Source: Vicugna vicugna (taxonomy: Eukaryota). From it: a DNA stretch of 64,000 nucleotides. Where the stretch lies: assembly GCA_013265495.1 (NCBI GenBank), contig MU058221.1, forward strand, positions 3,224,001 to 3,288,000, given 5' to 3'. Each line of letters opens with the position of its first letter. Within the stretch, counting starts at the first letter, position 1. A model generated the notes under the pieces. That model did no database searches and was not told the origin of the DNA. It worked only from the letters and a program-made list of their open reading frames with translations. Shown here piece after piece: positions 11,581-23,488 of the stretch. The position numbers and the translations under genes are program-made.

Positions 11581-14500
11581 TCACTCCACCTGCCTCTGCC
11601 TCTGCTGCCCACCCCGCCAGCGCACCCCGAGCTGCGGGCGCGCTCTGCCGCCTGGCTCCTTCAACCAGGACTCGCAAGAGCCCCCTCCTTCTCTTTTCCT
11701 GTGGAAATTGGGGTCACAAGTAACACATTCAGCTGGTCTCTCACATTTGAGTAAACCTTGCTGGAGACGTTTTCAGTACGTATGTCAGCCAGCAGAGAGC
11801 ACTGAACTGGCACCACACGCTGTCTCGGAGAAACACTTTCTGTCCTCGTCCCGTGTTGAAGCACCTCCCCTCGCCTCTCCCCCAGGGTGCCTCTCACGCA
11901 TCCAAGGGCACCGCCTCTGAAGACTGGAAAGCGCCGGGTGTCCCAGGTCTCCTCTGAGACAGCCTCTGCCCGCAGACTGCCTCCGCATCCCCGACATAAT
12001 TCTCCATAATGTTTTTCTTAAATACCTTTCACATGCTCACGCGAAGAGGACGCCTGTCATACCATCTGACTTCTCAGAGCATCCTTTTAGAGAGCATGTC
12101 GGTTACAGGCCCATCTGTGAGTCTCGCGATGCTTTTTCTCACCACAACGAAACAGAATCTGGGTCATCTGGCTGCTTCTGGGTGCTAGATACATTTCCAG
12201 AATTGTTCGATTCACCCAGTAACATAGCCGCAGCCTATGGTAATACGGTGGCTTAACCTAGCAGCCGCAAGCAACTCATTGTTGGAAAAAAAATGGAAGT
12301 GGTCCTTGAAACGAGGTTGTTAAGAAAGGATTCTGATTATGTGAAAGGTCGAAGCCGGGGCTGTGGCAACAGCGGCTATTTAGCATAGATGATGCAACGG
12401 TGAGAAAGGGCTTGGGAAAAAGATGGTATCAGAGTCCCGTCAAAGCTACTAAAGCAACAAGGACAGAGGGATGGCAGGAAACAAACAGAACAAACAAACA
12501 GCAGCTCCCACAATCTGGATCACCGTGTGTGTGAGTTTTAGCCACAGGGTAATAATACTGCTCTGATGTGCAGAAGGTGGTGGTCAAGGGACAAACAGCT
12601 TTAATTTTGATGAAGACACAAGATGACTTTTCATTTTCCATCGGACAATAAACCCCCCAAAACAGCAACTCCAGTGTTGCCCTAGGTTCCCTGCTCATTT
12701 GCCTTCCCCATCCTCCTCGCTGTTCCTGCCACTTGCTTTTATTTCTGACTTTTTCTTGGCTTGGCTTACTTTTGGCGACGGTTGTGGACTAGGTCCTCCC
12801 CCGCAAAGGACCTCATTCATGTGCTGGTATTTTTATTTATTAAAAATTTATTTTCCAAGTGCCCGGCTGCAGTCAGGGCCCAGTGTCAACCAGATTATAA
12901 ATATTTAATGATTACATAGTTCTCCCACCATGTCCAGCACCTTCATACTCCGTCCCACATCCAGCAAACATAGTTCAACGTTGTCTCTTCTTGGGAACCT
13001 ACCTGACAAACCATGCAGGTTGCATGCCTGTATGTTAATCCTTTGTTATGCCAGTAACTTGAAGTAATGATACACCCGAACTACTTCAGAAAGCTCAGAG
13101 CCTTTCTTAGGATCAAGAGAAGGATCATTATTGGGTTAAAACCCAGGGTGGGCCAGGCACAAAGGACAGGAAGTGATCAAAGGAGTCAGACGATCCGAGT
13201 TCAGATCTCAGTCTTCCGAGTCCCCACTGGGTCACGTGACGCTGGAGGCGAGAGCTTCGTTCTCCTCTTTGTTAACACAGGTCTACGCACGTGTAGGGCG
13301 ATCGTGCGATTCTTTGCGACACTGTCTACAAAGTGCCGCGTGTGGGCCCAGCACAGGTCAGCACCCTTTAAATCAAAGCCACTGGTGTGACCATGACTGA
13401 GCCCCACAATTCGGGGTTCAGCGTCTCTCTGACGGTCTGCTTTCCTTTTGCAAACACCACGCTTGAACACGTCGCTTGCTCCTCATGGTGCAGTCTGAAA
13501 GAGTGAAGGTTTTCTCCCACCTGGGGGGTTTACGGGGCTTGGGGGTGACTGAGTGCTGGTCCACACGAGAGACAGAGACTGGCTTTTTCTTCTCTCCTTG
13601 GTGGGATTTCCCTCAGCCTTTTCTCTTACTGTCTATTCTAGGAAAAACAAGACAAGAAGGACCCGAATGAGTGTAGCCCGGATGGAGGGGGCCAGAGCAC
13701 CGTTCATGCTGGTTTTCAGGCAAATCTCTTCCTGGTGCGTCAGGAAGAGTTTAGAACCACCACGGAGTTCGTGCACAGCTTGTTAGCTACACTGAGTTTG
13801 TACTAGGCCACACAACTGTCATTTTAAACCAAAGGCCACAGCACGATGGAATTACCAGAGGATGGCTTTTGTGTTATCTTTTAGGGCCCTCTTGGAATGG
13901 GGTATGATCATTGTGCATATTTCAGCACAAATTCGTGTTTTGGAAGCTTGTCCAGATATAATTCCGTCTGTCCATGATCAACACACAGACACAAAGTTGT
14001 CACTGAGCAAAATAAACACGAGTGGGTTAAAAACTTTGCTTCTTACTCATTCATTGGCAATAAATATCTCCTAGATATGAAATCAAAGCAGACATTCATC
14101 ATTGTCATAAATTATGATTTTAACAGTGCTTTCTAGAAGTTTCTTTTAGGCTGAAACATTTGGATTTGGTTTAAATTGAATCTCCTCTGGAGAAACAGAC
14201 GTTATCTTAAAAGGTCACGGGGGGAAAAAAAAAAGAGCGAGCGAGCGAGAGAAGCATTTAAGCTTAGCATATGGTCTGAGATCCAGGGAGAAAATCATTA
14301 TCGGGACACACAGAAAATATCAATTAAATTAAGGTTACCACCTGCCTAGTTTCAATCAGGGTATTTCAAAATAAAAGGTCTGTGTCCAATGTCTTGATTG
14401 ACTTTATTTCTGAACGTACGTGTGTGTGTGTGAGACAGAGATCTGGAACCTTACTTTTCACAGCCATTCAGCTACTCTATTCTCTATTCTTACCGCTATG

Positions 14501-14599
14501 TCTACTTTCAAAGGATCTTACAATCTCTAGGGTTGTAACAGAATTCAAATCAGGCAGCCTTGCTATGGTCCTGTCCTCTTCCCGTCTACCATATTTCTT

Positions 14600-15020
14600 A
14601 CAGAACTATCTTTCCCAACAGCACACATGATCATATTACCCTTCTGTTTAAATTATTTGATGAACCCAATGTTTCTTCATAAAAAATTCTACACCTTTTG
14701 GAATACTGTCAATCTGAGGCCTCCACTGATCTTCTTTATGTCCTGACCCTTCCCGACACGCTCCTGTGACCCAGACGTCCCAGGTCACCTGCATTTCATC
14801 ACAGCCAGCATGCACGTTCTTTTGTTATATCCTCTGAACCAACTGTGAACGTCGGTCTTCCTGTCTTCACAAGCCTCTGCTAGTCCCCTAGGTCACTCAG
14901 TTCTGTACATAAGGGCACTGACGGTGCAGGCTGAGCTCACATCTACATTTCCAGCGCTTACAATGACTGCTACGTAGTGGGACATTTATAAACATTTTCT
15001 GAAGAAATGACAAATGACCC
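14600..15020 (+). mobile_element. L2 LINE 3' fragment
   Basis: Ends AAGGGCA...TTTCCAGCGCTTACAATGACTGCTACGTAGTGGGACATTTATAAACATTTTCTGAAGAAATGA. Confidence 0.6.
14762..14820 (+). repeat. 59-bp exact dispersed direct repeat, copy 1
   Basis: TCCTGTGACCCAGACGTCCCAGGTCACCTGCATTTCATCACAGCCAGCATGCACGTTCT, identical to 16413-16471. Confidence 0.97.
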
Positions 15021-15439
15021 AGTTTAAACATCTGCGTCCTAAACTCAGTATTTTAGCAAAAGGTAAACAAATTATCTTTACTCACTGATTATAATTGATG
15101 AGAATTTTGATTCAACTTGTATACCACCCCTCTGATCATGTGACCCCTGCAGACGGACCACATTTTTTTCTCTACCCCGATACCTGGCATGTGGTTCGTG
15201 CTTGGTCCAAATATTCTTGTTCCTTGTTTATCCTTTATATTTTTAGTTCTGTCAAAGTTCAGGGGAGAAAAAACAATTGAGGGAGTTCTCGCCAGACTCT
15301 GCAAGGCAGAACTGGTGGACAGGAAGAGCTGAACAGTTCAGGACTAAACTGCCAGGGCAGCCTGGGCAGAAGCCGACGCCAGGACGTGAGCGGCAGCAAG
15401 TCCAGCCAGGAACAGACGGGTCCACCCGGGAGAACCCAC

Positions 15440-15875
15440 TGCGTTCCCATGCTCCTGCTGCTGTAACAAACTGACACAACTTTGTACTTTTATTCTATCT
15501 CCGTTTGGAGGACAGAAATTCTAAAATGGGTGCCGGCAGCTGCTCTCTCTGGGGGATCTGGGCGACGATTCATCCCACTAACCGCCCCAGCGAGCAGCAG
15601 CCCTCCGCGCTCATCTGCACTCGCTCCGTATCTCATGGTATTTTCTCCTCCTGCTTTACCATCACGTTGCTTTTCCTCCAGTTCATCCCACTGGCCTTTC
15701 TCTTCTAAGTGCCCGTAGCTTTACACTGGGCTCTCCTGGATAACCCAGAACACTCTCTCCATTATAAACCTTTAGCCTGATGACTCTGCAAAGTCTCCTT
15801 TGTCATGTTTGGTAACACAAACGGATTCTGGGAGCTAAAATGTGCATACTTTGGGGAGGGGCATTATTTGATACG
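15440..15875 (-). mobile_element. MLT1 (ERVL-MaLR) solo LTR
   Basis: GCTGCTGTAACAAACTGACACAAC...CTGGATAACCCAG...TCTGCAAAGTCTCCTTTGTCATG...TTTGGGGAGGGGCATTATT, MLT1 antisense pattern. Confidence 0.75.
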
Positions 15876-16412
15876 ATAGGATAAAATCATCTCTGTAACT
15901 GTGATTGAGCCACGTGGAGATTTGGATCAAAAATGTTACAGATTTTAAAAAATAGCAACAATAATTCTTTACATTGGGAGAATATATTCAGGACTCAGCA
16001 CGGAGGCCAGTGTGGACAGACGAGCAAAGGGAGGAGCGGTAAGAGACCAGAGCAGAGAGACCAAGGAGGGGTGGACAAAAGGAGCTTAGCAGGGGCCTTC
16101 CGTGCAGCTCACGAGGAGGATCTGAGCCTGTATCCTAAGGCATACTTGCAGGTGTTGACCAGATGTATAACATCATTTGGGACTGAAGTGTAGAGTTGAA
16201 ATAAAAAGCTAGAAGGAGCAAAGTGAGTCAGAAAGAGAAGAACATTGGAATTGATACCAGGAGTAGAGCATAGCTCACCAGGTCCCAGATCTAATTCAAC
16301 CAACCATGTTGATTATGTTGGCTAATTCTTTTTATAATTCGGGTTTCTCTCTTAGGAGTCCAGCAGGTTCTGGAAGCAAAGTAATTACGTACGTATGGAA
16401 GGACTGAGATGG

Positions 16413-16471
16413 TCCTGTGACCCAGACGTCCCAGGTCACCTGCATTTCATCACAGCCAGCATGCACGTTCT
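16413..16471 (+). repeat. 59-bp exact dispersed direct repeat, copy 2
   Basis: Identical to 14762-14820; flanks unrelated. Confidence 0.97.
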
Positions 16472-16799
16472 GCCTACCACGCTGTGCATTACAACACTGG
16501 CCACCCTCCTTCCCCAATTGTTTTGCCATAATAACTATCTATGCACAGTGATGTATAATAGAATACGTTTACTGATTACCCTCCGTATATGTTTAGTGCA
16601 GAATGTAGGTGAAGGAAGGTTAAAACAACACTGTCGTGAGAACAACTTTGTGAGTGTGTCTGTGAATTTTATGTTCCAGAATCCAATTAAATAGAGACCA
16701 CAACCGGGATCTTCTTCCTTTCAACTTGGTATTTAGCCAACAGAGAAAGCGAGCTAGAGGGATGTAAAAAGCTTCAGTCAAAAAGGCCAGCTTCCAGGG

Positions 16800-17010
16800 A
16801 TGGTAATGTTACTGGGCACGTAATATGACTGTGCTAAGCAATAAATATATGAAAGGCAGTCTTATCACCCAATTTTAAAGATGAGGAAACTGAGCTCAGA
16901 GAAGTTAAGAACTATCCTCAATCTTGATGTCCATCACAGCGTGTAAGCTGTACAGCCAGGGTTAAGCGCAGTCCGACCCCAAAGCCCGTCTTCCGACCAG
17001 CACACTGCAC
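16800..17010 (-). mobile_element. MIR SINE
   Basis: CCCAATTTTAAAGATGAGGAAACTGAGCTCAGAGAAGTTAAG, MIR core. Confidence 0.8.
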
Positions 17011-17598
17011 ACTTCCATTATCTCAGGTCTGTTCCCTCACGTCCACAGCCGTTTTTGAAATAACCAACCAATGAGCAAATTAATTTCCAATTAATCAGAT
17101 TATTACCTAGTGAATGATTAATTTTGCAATGATCGAAGTTACTTGATGCTCATTTGATAATCCTAAGCTTCTGGGAAAGGGTTCAATGAAAACAGACCCT
17201 TACAATCTTTGACATAAATACCTAGCGCTGTAAAGGAGTCACACGTTTTAGGAAGCTGTCTGGTCAAACAGCAAAGGAGAGATAAAGTGCTTTCAGATGA
17301 AAACTTACTGAAACTTTTTCATGTATAATTTTGTCTAAGTCTTTTTGGAAGATATTTTTCTTCCCGGCTTTTCAGCCTCATGGGGTTAGCAAGCACTCTC
17401 ATTTTGCTTTTCAATGTTTAAAATATCCAATTAACTGGAGCTAATTTAAAAATAATTCCAGTATCTTGGGGTTTTGTGATCAAGTTTACGCTGTGTCTCC
17501 GTCTCTCTTTCTCTTGATTTTATCCAATTAATCATATCCTCCCAGACTTATTTTCAACATTTGGATGCCTGTGTTTCTTTGACCCAGTATAGGCTCTT

Positions 17599-17600
<2 letters not shown>

Positions 17601-17629
<29 letters not shown>

Positions 17630-17750
17630 ATTTTATATCATATATATGGATATATATGTATACAAGATAAAGAATGTGGAGCATTACACACTCACACACA
17701 TATATATAATATATATATAAATAATATGAAATCTTTCAATTTCATATAAT
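17601..17750. repeat. (TG)n followed by TA-rich low-complexity tract
   Basis: Directly visible. Confidence 0.9.
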
Positions 17751-18010
17751 ATTTATCAAAGCCTGTTTAAAATGCTTAGGGCCCACATATAGACACACAC
17801 GTTTATAGACAAACAGGCGCTAAATTACTATTTAACATGCGAATGAGAAGTGTCTCTGTGAATACGGTCTTTAATGTAATACAGTGGATTCTGGAGCAGA
17901 GAAGCGGCTCCGGCTGAGGGAGAGTGGCCCTTACTGAGAAGACAATTCAGTAAGAAACAAAGAGCAAGGATGTAAGAACGACCCAAGAAGACAAAGCCCT
18001 TTGGGTTTCC

Positions 18011-18036
18011 TGTGTGTGTGTGTGTGTGCGCGCGCG
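18011..18036. repeat. (TG)9(CG)4 alternating purine-pyrimidine tract
   Basis: Directly visible. Confidence 0.9.
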
Positions 18037-18199
18037 TTAGTGTGTATATGTTACTTCAGGCCATTTTATTCAGTGTATGAAAGTAAGATTTAGGAAATGA
18101 AACATCAATTTTTGATTTCTAAAAAAAATGAAAATACTACATAACAAAACATTCTCTTTGAGAGAATTTTATTTTAAGTGTTTTTGACCCAATCGTTCA

Positions 18200-18920
18200 A
18201 CTAAAAACCCTGGGAAAAAAGAAAAGCAATAAAAATGCAAAAAGAAATAGAAGGAACTATAGACACTGGCAGACATTAATTTTAAAAAGCATTTATAGAA
18301 CAGAGAGAAAAAACTAGCTGCGAACATGTATTTTTAAATGACGAGACAGAAAAGCTGCTGGCCTTGAGCAGAGAAAAGAGAACAACCCTAATGACCGTTA
18401 TTATAAAGCTCACGTATAGTTAGAAGAGAGAAGAAAAAAGAGCATGAAAAGTATGTAACTTAAAAAAACAAACCTCTTTTGAATACACAGATGAGATGAA
18501 CATTAAAACAAACAAACAAAAGAACAGTGCTTGGTGATTCACATGGGAGAGTTTTCCAGAACGTCCATCGTTACCACACGAACATCTAAAGAACGGGAGT
18601 TCACGTAGGGAGAAAACGATTCCCAGGTGACTCTACTGATAACGCGCCGCACATTTCTAGGAAGAGGGAATTCCTCTATTACGCCAACTGTTCAACTGAG
18701 TGAAAATTCTTCCCAACTAGTTTTCTGAGACCAGAGTAACCCTGCACCCACATCAGACAAAGGCCCGAGACACAGGGAAACCTCAGTGTGGTCCCCGTCA
18801 GAAGACAGACAGGCTGAAGCCCTGGGAAGACAGGGCTCCAGTCCCCGTCTCAGAGCAGGAAAGGCAGCGCGGCCAACGCTGTCACCTGCGGGCCCAACGA
18901 CGAGCTGCCCTAGAAATACA
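18200..18920 (+). mobile_element. Ancient L1 ORF2 fragment, GC-shifted
   Basis: CTTCCCAACTAGTTTTCTGAGACCAGAGTAACCCTG...CAGACAAAG corresponds to the L1 ORF2 consensus CTTCCCAACTCATTTTATGAGGCCAGCATTACCCTGATACCAAAACCAGACAAAG. Confidence 0.6.
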
Positions 18921-19724
18921 CATTCATGGGAGAACTTAGCTATTTTTTAGAGACTATGATTAGAAAATAAAATTATACATTTTTAAAGTATGTAAAAACG
19001 CATGACTTGCCTCTTCGGGCTTGTCTGTGGTTTCGTATAAATTTTAGAATGAGTTTTCCTGTTTCTACACTTGATCTAAGCCAACAGAGTCGTTCTAGTT
19101 CTGTGAAAAATGTCGTTGAAATTTGACGGGGATTACGCTGGACCTGCGGGTTGCTCTGGGTAGTACAGACATTTTAACTCAATCACAGCGGACTGTCTCT
19201 GGTTCCGCTGTCATACGCTTTCGTGGCTCCTTGCCACTTCTCTCCAGAGCACGAATCTCCGTCTGCAATAACAATGCAGATGCACCACTGATCATGAGAC
19301 TCACATCTCTCTTTCCCACCATGTTGAGACCCCACGTGGGCAGCAGTGTGCCTGCTGCGTGCCTCCTGGCAGCTCCGTATGCCTTACAACCGGTGCTCAG
19401 GGATATCCGCAGCATGAGGGACAGAGAAAATTGTGTTACTTTTATTTAGAGGCACCCTTGACTTTTTTTAAGGGAAAAAAATGAGAAAAAAATATCAGTG
19501 CCTTTCTGTGGCAGGTAATATTCTAAGGGTACCTGAATATAGAAGCTATTTCTTTGGAGGAGGAAAAGAATGAGGAAGAGGAGGAGAAGGAAGAAGAGGT
19601 GAGGGGAGAGAGGATGGGGACACAGATGGGATGCAGGGAGAAGTGTAGCTATGAGTTTTCAAAAGTGATGGCAAGACCATGGGGAAGAGAGCAGAGCTGA
19701 AATGCATGGACTGTTACTCGGTTA

Positions 19725-19990
19725 TTAATTCATCCTTACACTTAATCCGTTGGCTACTCAGCCAGCTACCATTTACCGCACATTCACCATGTGCTAGGCA
19801 CAGGGTCTCCAGCAGTAAACAAAACAGAGTAAGGCTGCTCTCAGAGTTTACAGTGATGCAGATACTGAAAAATAATTGAGCAGATGAACAGGACCATTTC
19901 AGAGAGTGCTGTGTCCTATAGAATAAACCAGCATGGAGTGGGATGGGGGTACATATGTTACAGGGAAAGGGGCTGTGTGACGTTCTCACC
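19725..19990 (-). mobile_element. L2 LINE 3' fragment
   Basis: ATGTGCTAGGCACAGGG...CAGCAGTAAACAAAACAGA...CTCTCAGAGTTTACAGT, L2 antisense. Confidence 0.65.
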
Positions 19991-20019
19991 TCTCAAACGT
20001 CTTTAAAAAAATTGTAACA

Positions 20020-20191
20020 TACTGTACAGCACAGGGAAATATATACAAGATTTTATGGCAGCTCACAGAGAAAGGACTGTGACAATGAATATATATATGT
20101 TCATGTATAATTGAAAAATTGTGCTCTACACTGGAATTTGACACAACATTGTAATATGATTATAAATCAATAAAAAATGTTAAAAAACCAA
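20020..20191 (+). mobile_element. Young 5'-truncated L1 3' end (camelid-type)
   Basis: ACTGTACAGCACAGGGAAATATATACAA...CTGGAATTTGACACAACATTGTAA...AATAAA then A-rich tail; perfect 15-bp TSD AAAAAAATTGTAACA (20005-20019 / 20192-20206) at a TT/AAAA endonuclease site. Confidence 0.92.
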
Positions 20192-22995
20192 AAAAAAATT
20201 GTAACAGTAAAATGGCAGAGTTCTGTGCCTAAGGTTTTTTTTTTAAATTATTATCATATTTAATTTATTATAAGGTTTTTTATTATCAGTTGAACTAATA
20301 AGCACAAAAGCAAGATGCACATGGTAAAGAGGAGGAGAGTGCAAATCACAGGACGTACAGAAAATACGGGCAACAACCCGGACTGACACAAGGTGAGAAG
20401 ATGGAGTTTTGGCCAAGTTCACGGGTATTTCTGAGGGAGAAGGGAGCTGTAGCTGATACCGAGTCTACATTTGAATGAACACATGCATCTAAATTAGCTA
20501 AAAGGACATAAATCAAAATATTTCAGATCCTAACTCAAGTCCACGAAAAGATGTGGGCATCTGTAGTACAGACTGGATAACCGTACGCCTCCTTTCATGG
20601 AGCAACATGACATTCAGCAGCTGGATTTTGAGATCAGATTTAAAGTGGAGCAAAGTAAGGTAAAAAAGTGCATCTGGGGGAACACCCTGTTATCTCGATC
20701 TTGACTCAGTTTCTCAATTTCTTAAGTGGGAGTGCAGAGGAAACTCAGAGGAAACTTCAGGGATGAGTAACAGACCAGCTGGGGACAAGGAGCCGCTTCT
20801 ACTGAGGGCACAGCAGGAAAACAAATACAGAAGTTAACAAATAAATGGATACACTCTTTTTTTTTTTTCCTGAAACAAAGAAAACAAACATGAGGTGTGA
20901 CCAAAGCTTCCACTTGGCCACTCCGTTTGTCACCCCTCTCTGCCTTGCTTTACTTCCATTCAAACAGACCTGCGTGAATTGTACCCACGGAGTTCCTATG
21001 CCACTGGGATTTCAAAAGAGTCTGGGTACCAGGGATGCTGCTGAAAGACAAGAGGGCGGAGGACAGAGAAGCTTTGCTCTCCAGGCTTTCTTGCTGTAAC
21101 ACAACTTAGCTTGGGAGGACCACACGATTTTCCTTCCAAATGGGGACGCATTTGAGAGTGAAAGGCGCACTGCTAATGGTCATACTTGTACGAGAGGGAT
21201 AAATCTCACCTGGCCCAGATAATTTGTTTGTAAATTTAAAATTATCTCAGGGGAAAAAAAAAATTGAAAAAAAAATCCCACGGTTTTCCTAATCTTAGAG
21301 GAAGGCTGCCCCCAGACTCTTGCCCGCTGCCCTGCCTCACAGTAAGACCAGAGCCAAGGAACCACAGGGCACAGAGAATCTGGCACAGCTACTTCCCTTT
21401 CAAGGACGTTGAGGGAGCATGAGGCAGCCTCCTCACGGGAAGATGCTAACTTACAGGGATACGGGAGCGCACTTAGAGCTTGGAGACGGCAATAAACCTG
21501 GTTTAGCCACTCAGTGGAGGAAATGAAATCATAAAAGCATGTTTACAAAGTCCTGGTGATAACACAGAAAAATACCCAATCTAATGGTACAAGAAAACAC
21601 AGATAAAATCTACACTATATCATAACGACTGTGTAAAAAACAAGCCTACTCAGAAGGGGAAAAATAAGAGGCTAAAATCAACAGCCACTGTGAACACCTC
21701 AGCAGACATCGAGATGACAGGAAAAGATGATTTGCTTTTCTCAGTTGTTCTGTATTTTGTTTATTGATTCAGCCACCTTCATTCCAAAGAATGATTTAAG
21801 GTAGCTTCATCTGAATTTTACATTAATAAACTGGGTTTAAACACACACACACACTCACACACACAAAAGACTGAAGACTTTTTTGAGGCATGGGAAGGCA
21901 TTTCGGGGAAGCAGAACTCTTGTCAGCTAGGACTTGGAAACATACACTATGTATCTGAGAAAGAGTGAACAGGTCCAGTATGACTGAGCCAAGAAGACTA
22001 AGAGTAGACAGTGGGGCTCACAAGTAGGTTGACCAAAAAAAAAAAAAAATATGGCTGAACTTCCGTGGACATCTTGATGAATTTCTGTACAGATACACTG
22101 ACACGGACCTCACAGTGGAGAAGGGGTAGAGTCAGTATATCAGAAAAGAAAGCTGAGATGCGAGAGGAACAGAGCAGGGCACCTGGTCCACAGGCTGAGA
22201 GAGCAGTTAGGGCTGGCCTCACACTGCCGTCTGGGACCCGGGACTCCTGCGTGGGCTTGCCTCTGAACCGGGATCCAAAGGTCTGAAATAAATTTCCTTT
22301 TGTTCAAACCTACTCAGATGTCATGCTGGAAAAGGTGTGATAAACATTCACATGAAAGTGTCAGTGTATCCGTTATGATGACATTGCCATGATCACTTGC
22401 AAGACTTGAGGACCAGGGTAACTTCACAAAATCTGCTTTACAAAAACCTGAGAGTGGAAGTTGCTGATACTGACCTAAAGACACTGGAAAATATTACTGT
22501 TATTCTTAGTGGGAAAAGCAATCAAATTATCACTATTATTTAATTGGGAGAGATTAAACAAAATGTTTTATTTTGGGTATTAGCCGCGGTAATTGCTACT
22601 GCCTCTGGTTCATTGATAGCACTGAATCCTGAAAAAAATATTAGTAAGAGACTTAAAAATCGGTTCTTATTTAAAGTTTTAAAGACTGCTTGAATTAAAT
22701 CAAAACGTCATCAATGTGAATGAACGTGGCTAATGACAGGAAGAAACTATAACTTGAAATTAAGAAGTAAAATTAGCATGGTGCTGTGTTTTTTACGTTA
22801 AAATGTATTGATGATGAATTGAGGTCAATGTCTTGTGTTTTATGCATCTGATACAGCTTATTTGTATAAATTGGAAGTCTCTCTATTTGCTGGAAGTAAA
22901 ATTTAGTTCACTTCTTTGAAGGGTGAGTCAACATGCCACTTATGTACACAGAGAGCATAATCTCCTTCTCTGGAGCTAAAGCATACGGTTACTGT

Positions 22996-23488
22996 TGTCA
23001 ACCGAAATAAAATGTGCAGCCTGTAAACTGAGAGTTATGCCTTACCCAGTGGGCTTCCTGAGGATTTGAACCCAGGACGCAGCCTCTCAGATCGCTCGCG
23101 GGGAGGTAGAAGCCAGGGTATACAGGAGTTTTTGCAACAAAGACCAGGTAGGCAAAACATCAAAAGATTATCGTTCATTAAAGAAAACCACATAGCTCAG
23201 TTAAGGAATTTGGTGCTTTTCTGTGTGTGGGACGATGCAAAGGTCTGCGCTCACTGAACTCCCTCCTTTGATGTGCACCTAGCTGTCTGGGGCCAGCGTC
23301 CTGTGCTTCCACACCCTGAGTTCCCGCAGGGGGCACCGCTGGGGGTGGCGGCAGAGGCCGGGCTGCCTGCCTGTCTGCATCCTGAGTTCCCTCCGCTCAC
23401 TGTCCGGGATGCTAAGGTAATGGCTGATGACTTCCTGGCCACAGCATCCTTTGTTTACTGAGACGGTTGGCGATATTTTTCATTCACA
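22996..23488 (-). mobile_element. MER41-like ERV1 solo LTR
   Basis: TG...CA termini, 4-bp TSD CTGT (22992-22995 / 23489-23492); CAGCCTCTCAGATCGCTC, CATCAAAAGATTA and CTAGCTGTCTGGGGCCAG resemble artiodactyl MER41-like LTRs; homologous to 36075-36549 in the opposite orientation. Confidence 0.85.

Noticed and set aside
14821..16412. Interval between the 59-bp repeats as a novel transposon with long direct repeats
   Set aside because: It contains the continuation of the flanking L2 and an old MLT1, with no terminal inverted repeats, poly(A) tail or coding capacity
22375..22451. C/D-box snoRNA-like spacing (ATGATGA ... CTGA, 77 nt)
   Set aside because: No convincing terminal stem or recognisable rRNA/snRNA guide; such box pairs are common by chance
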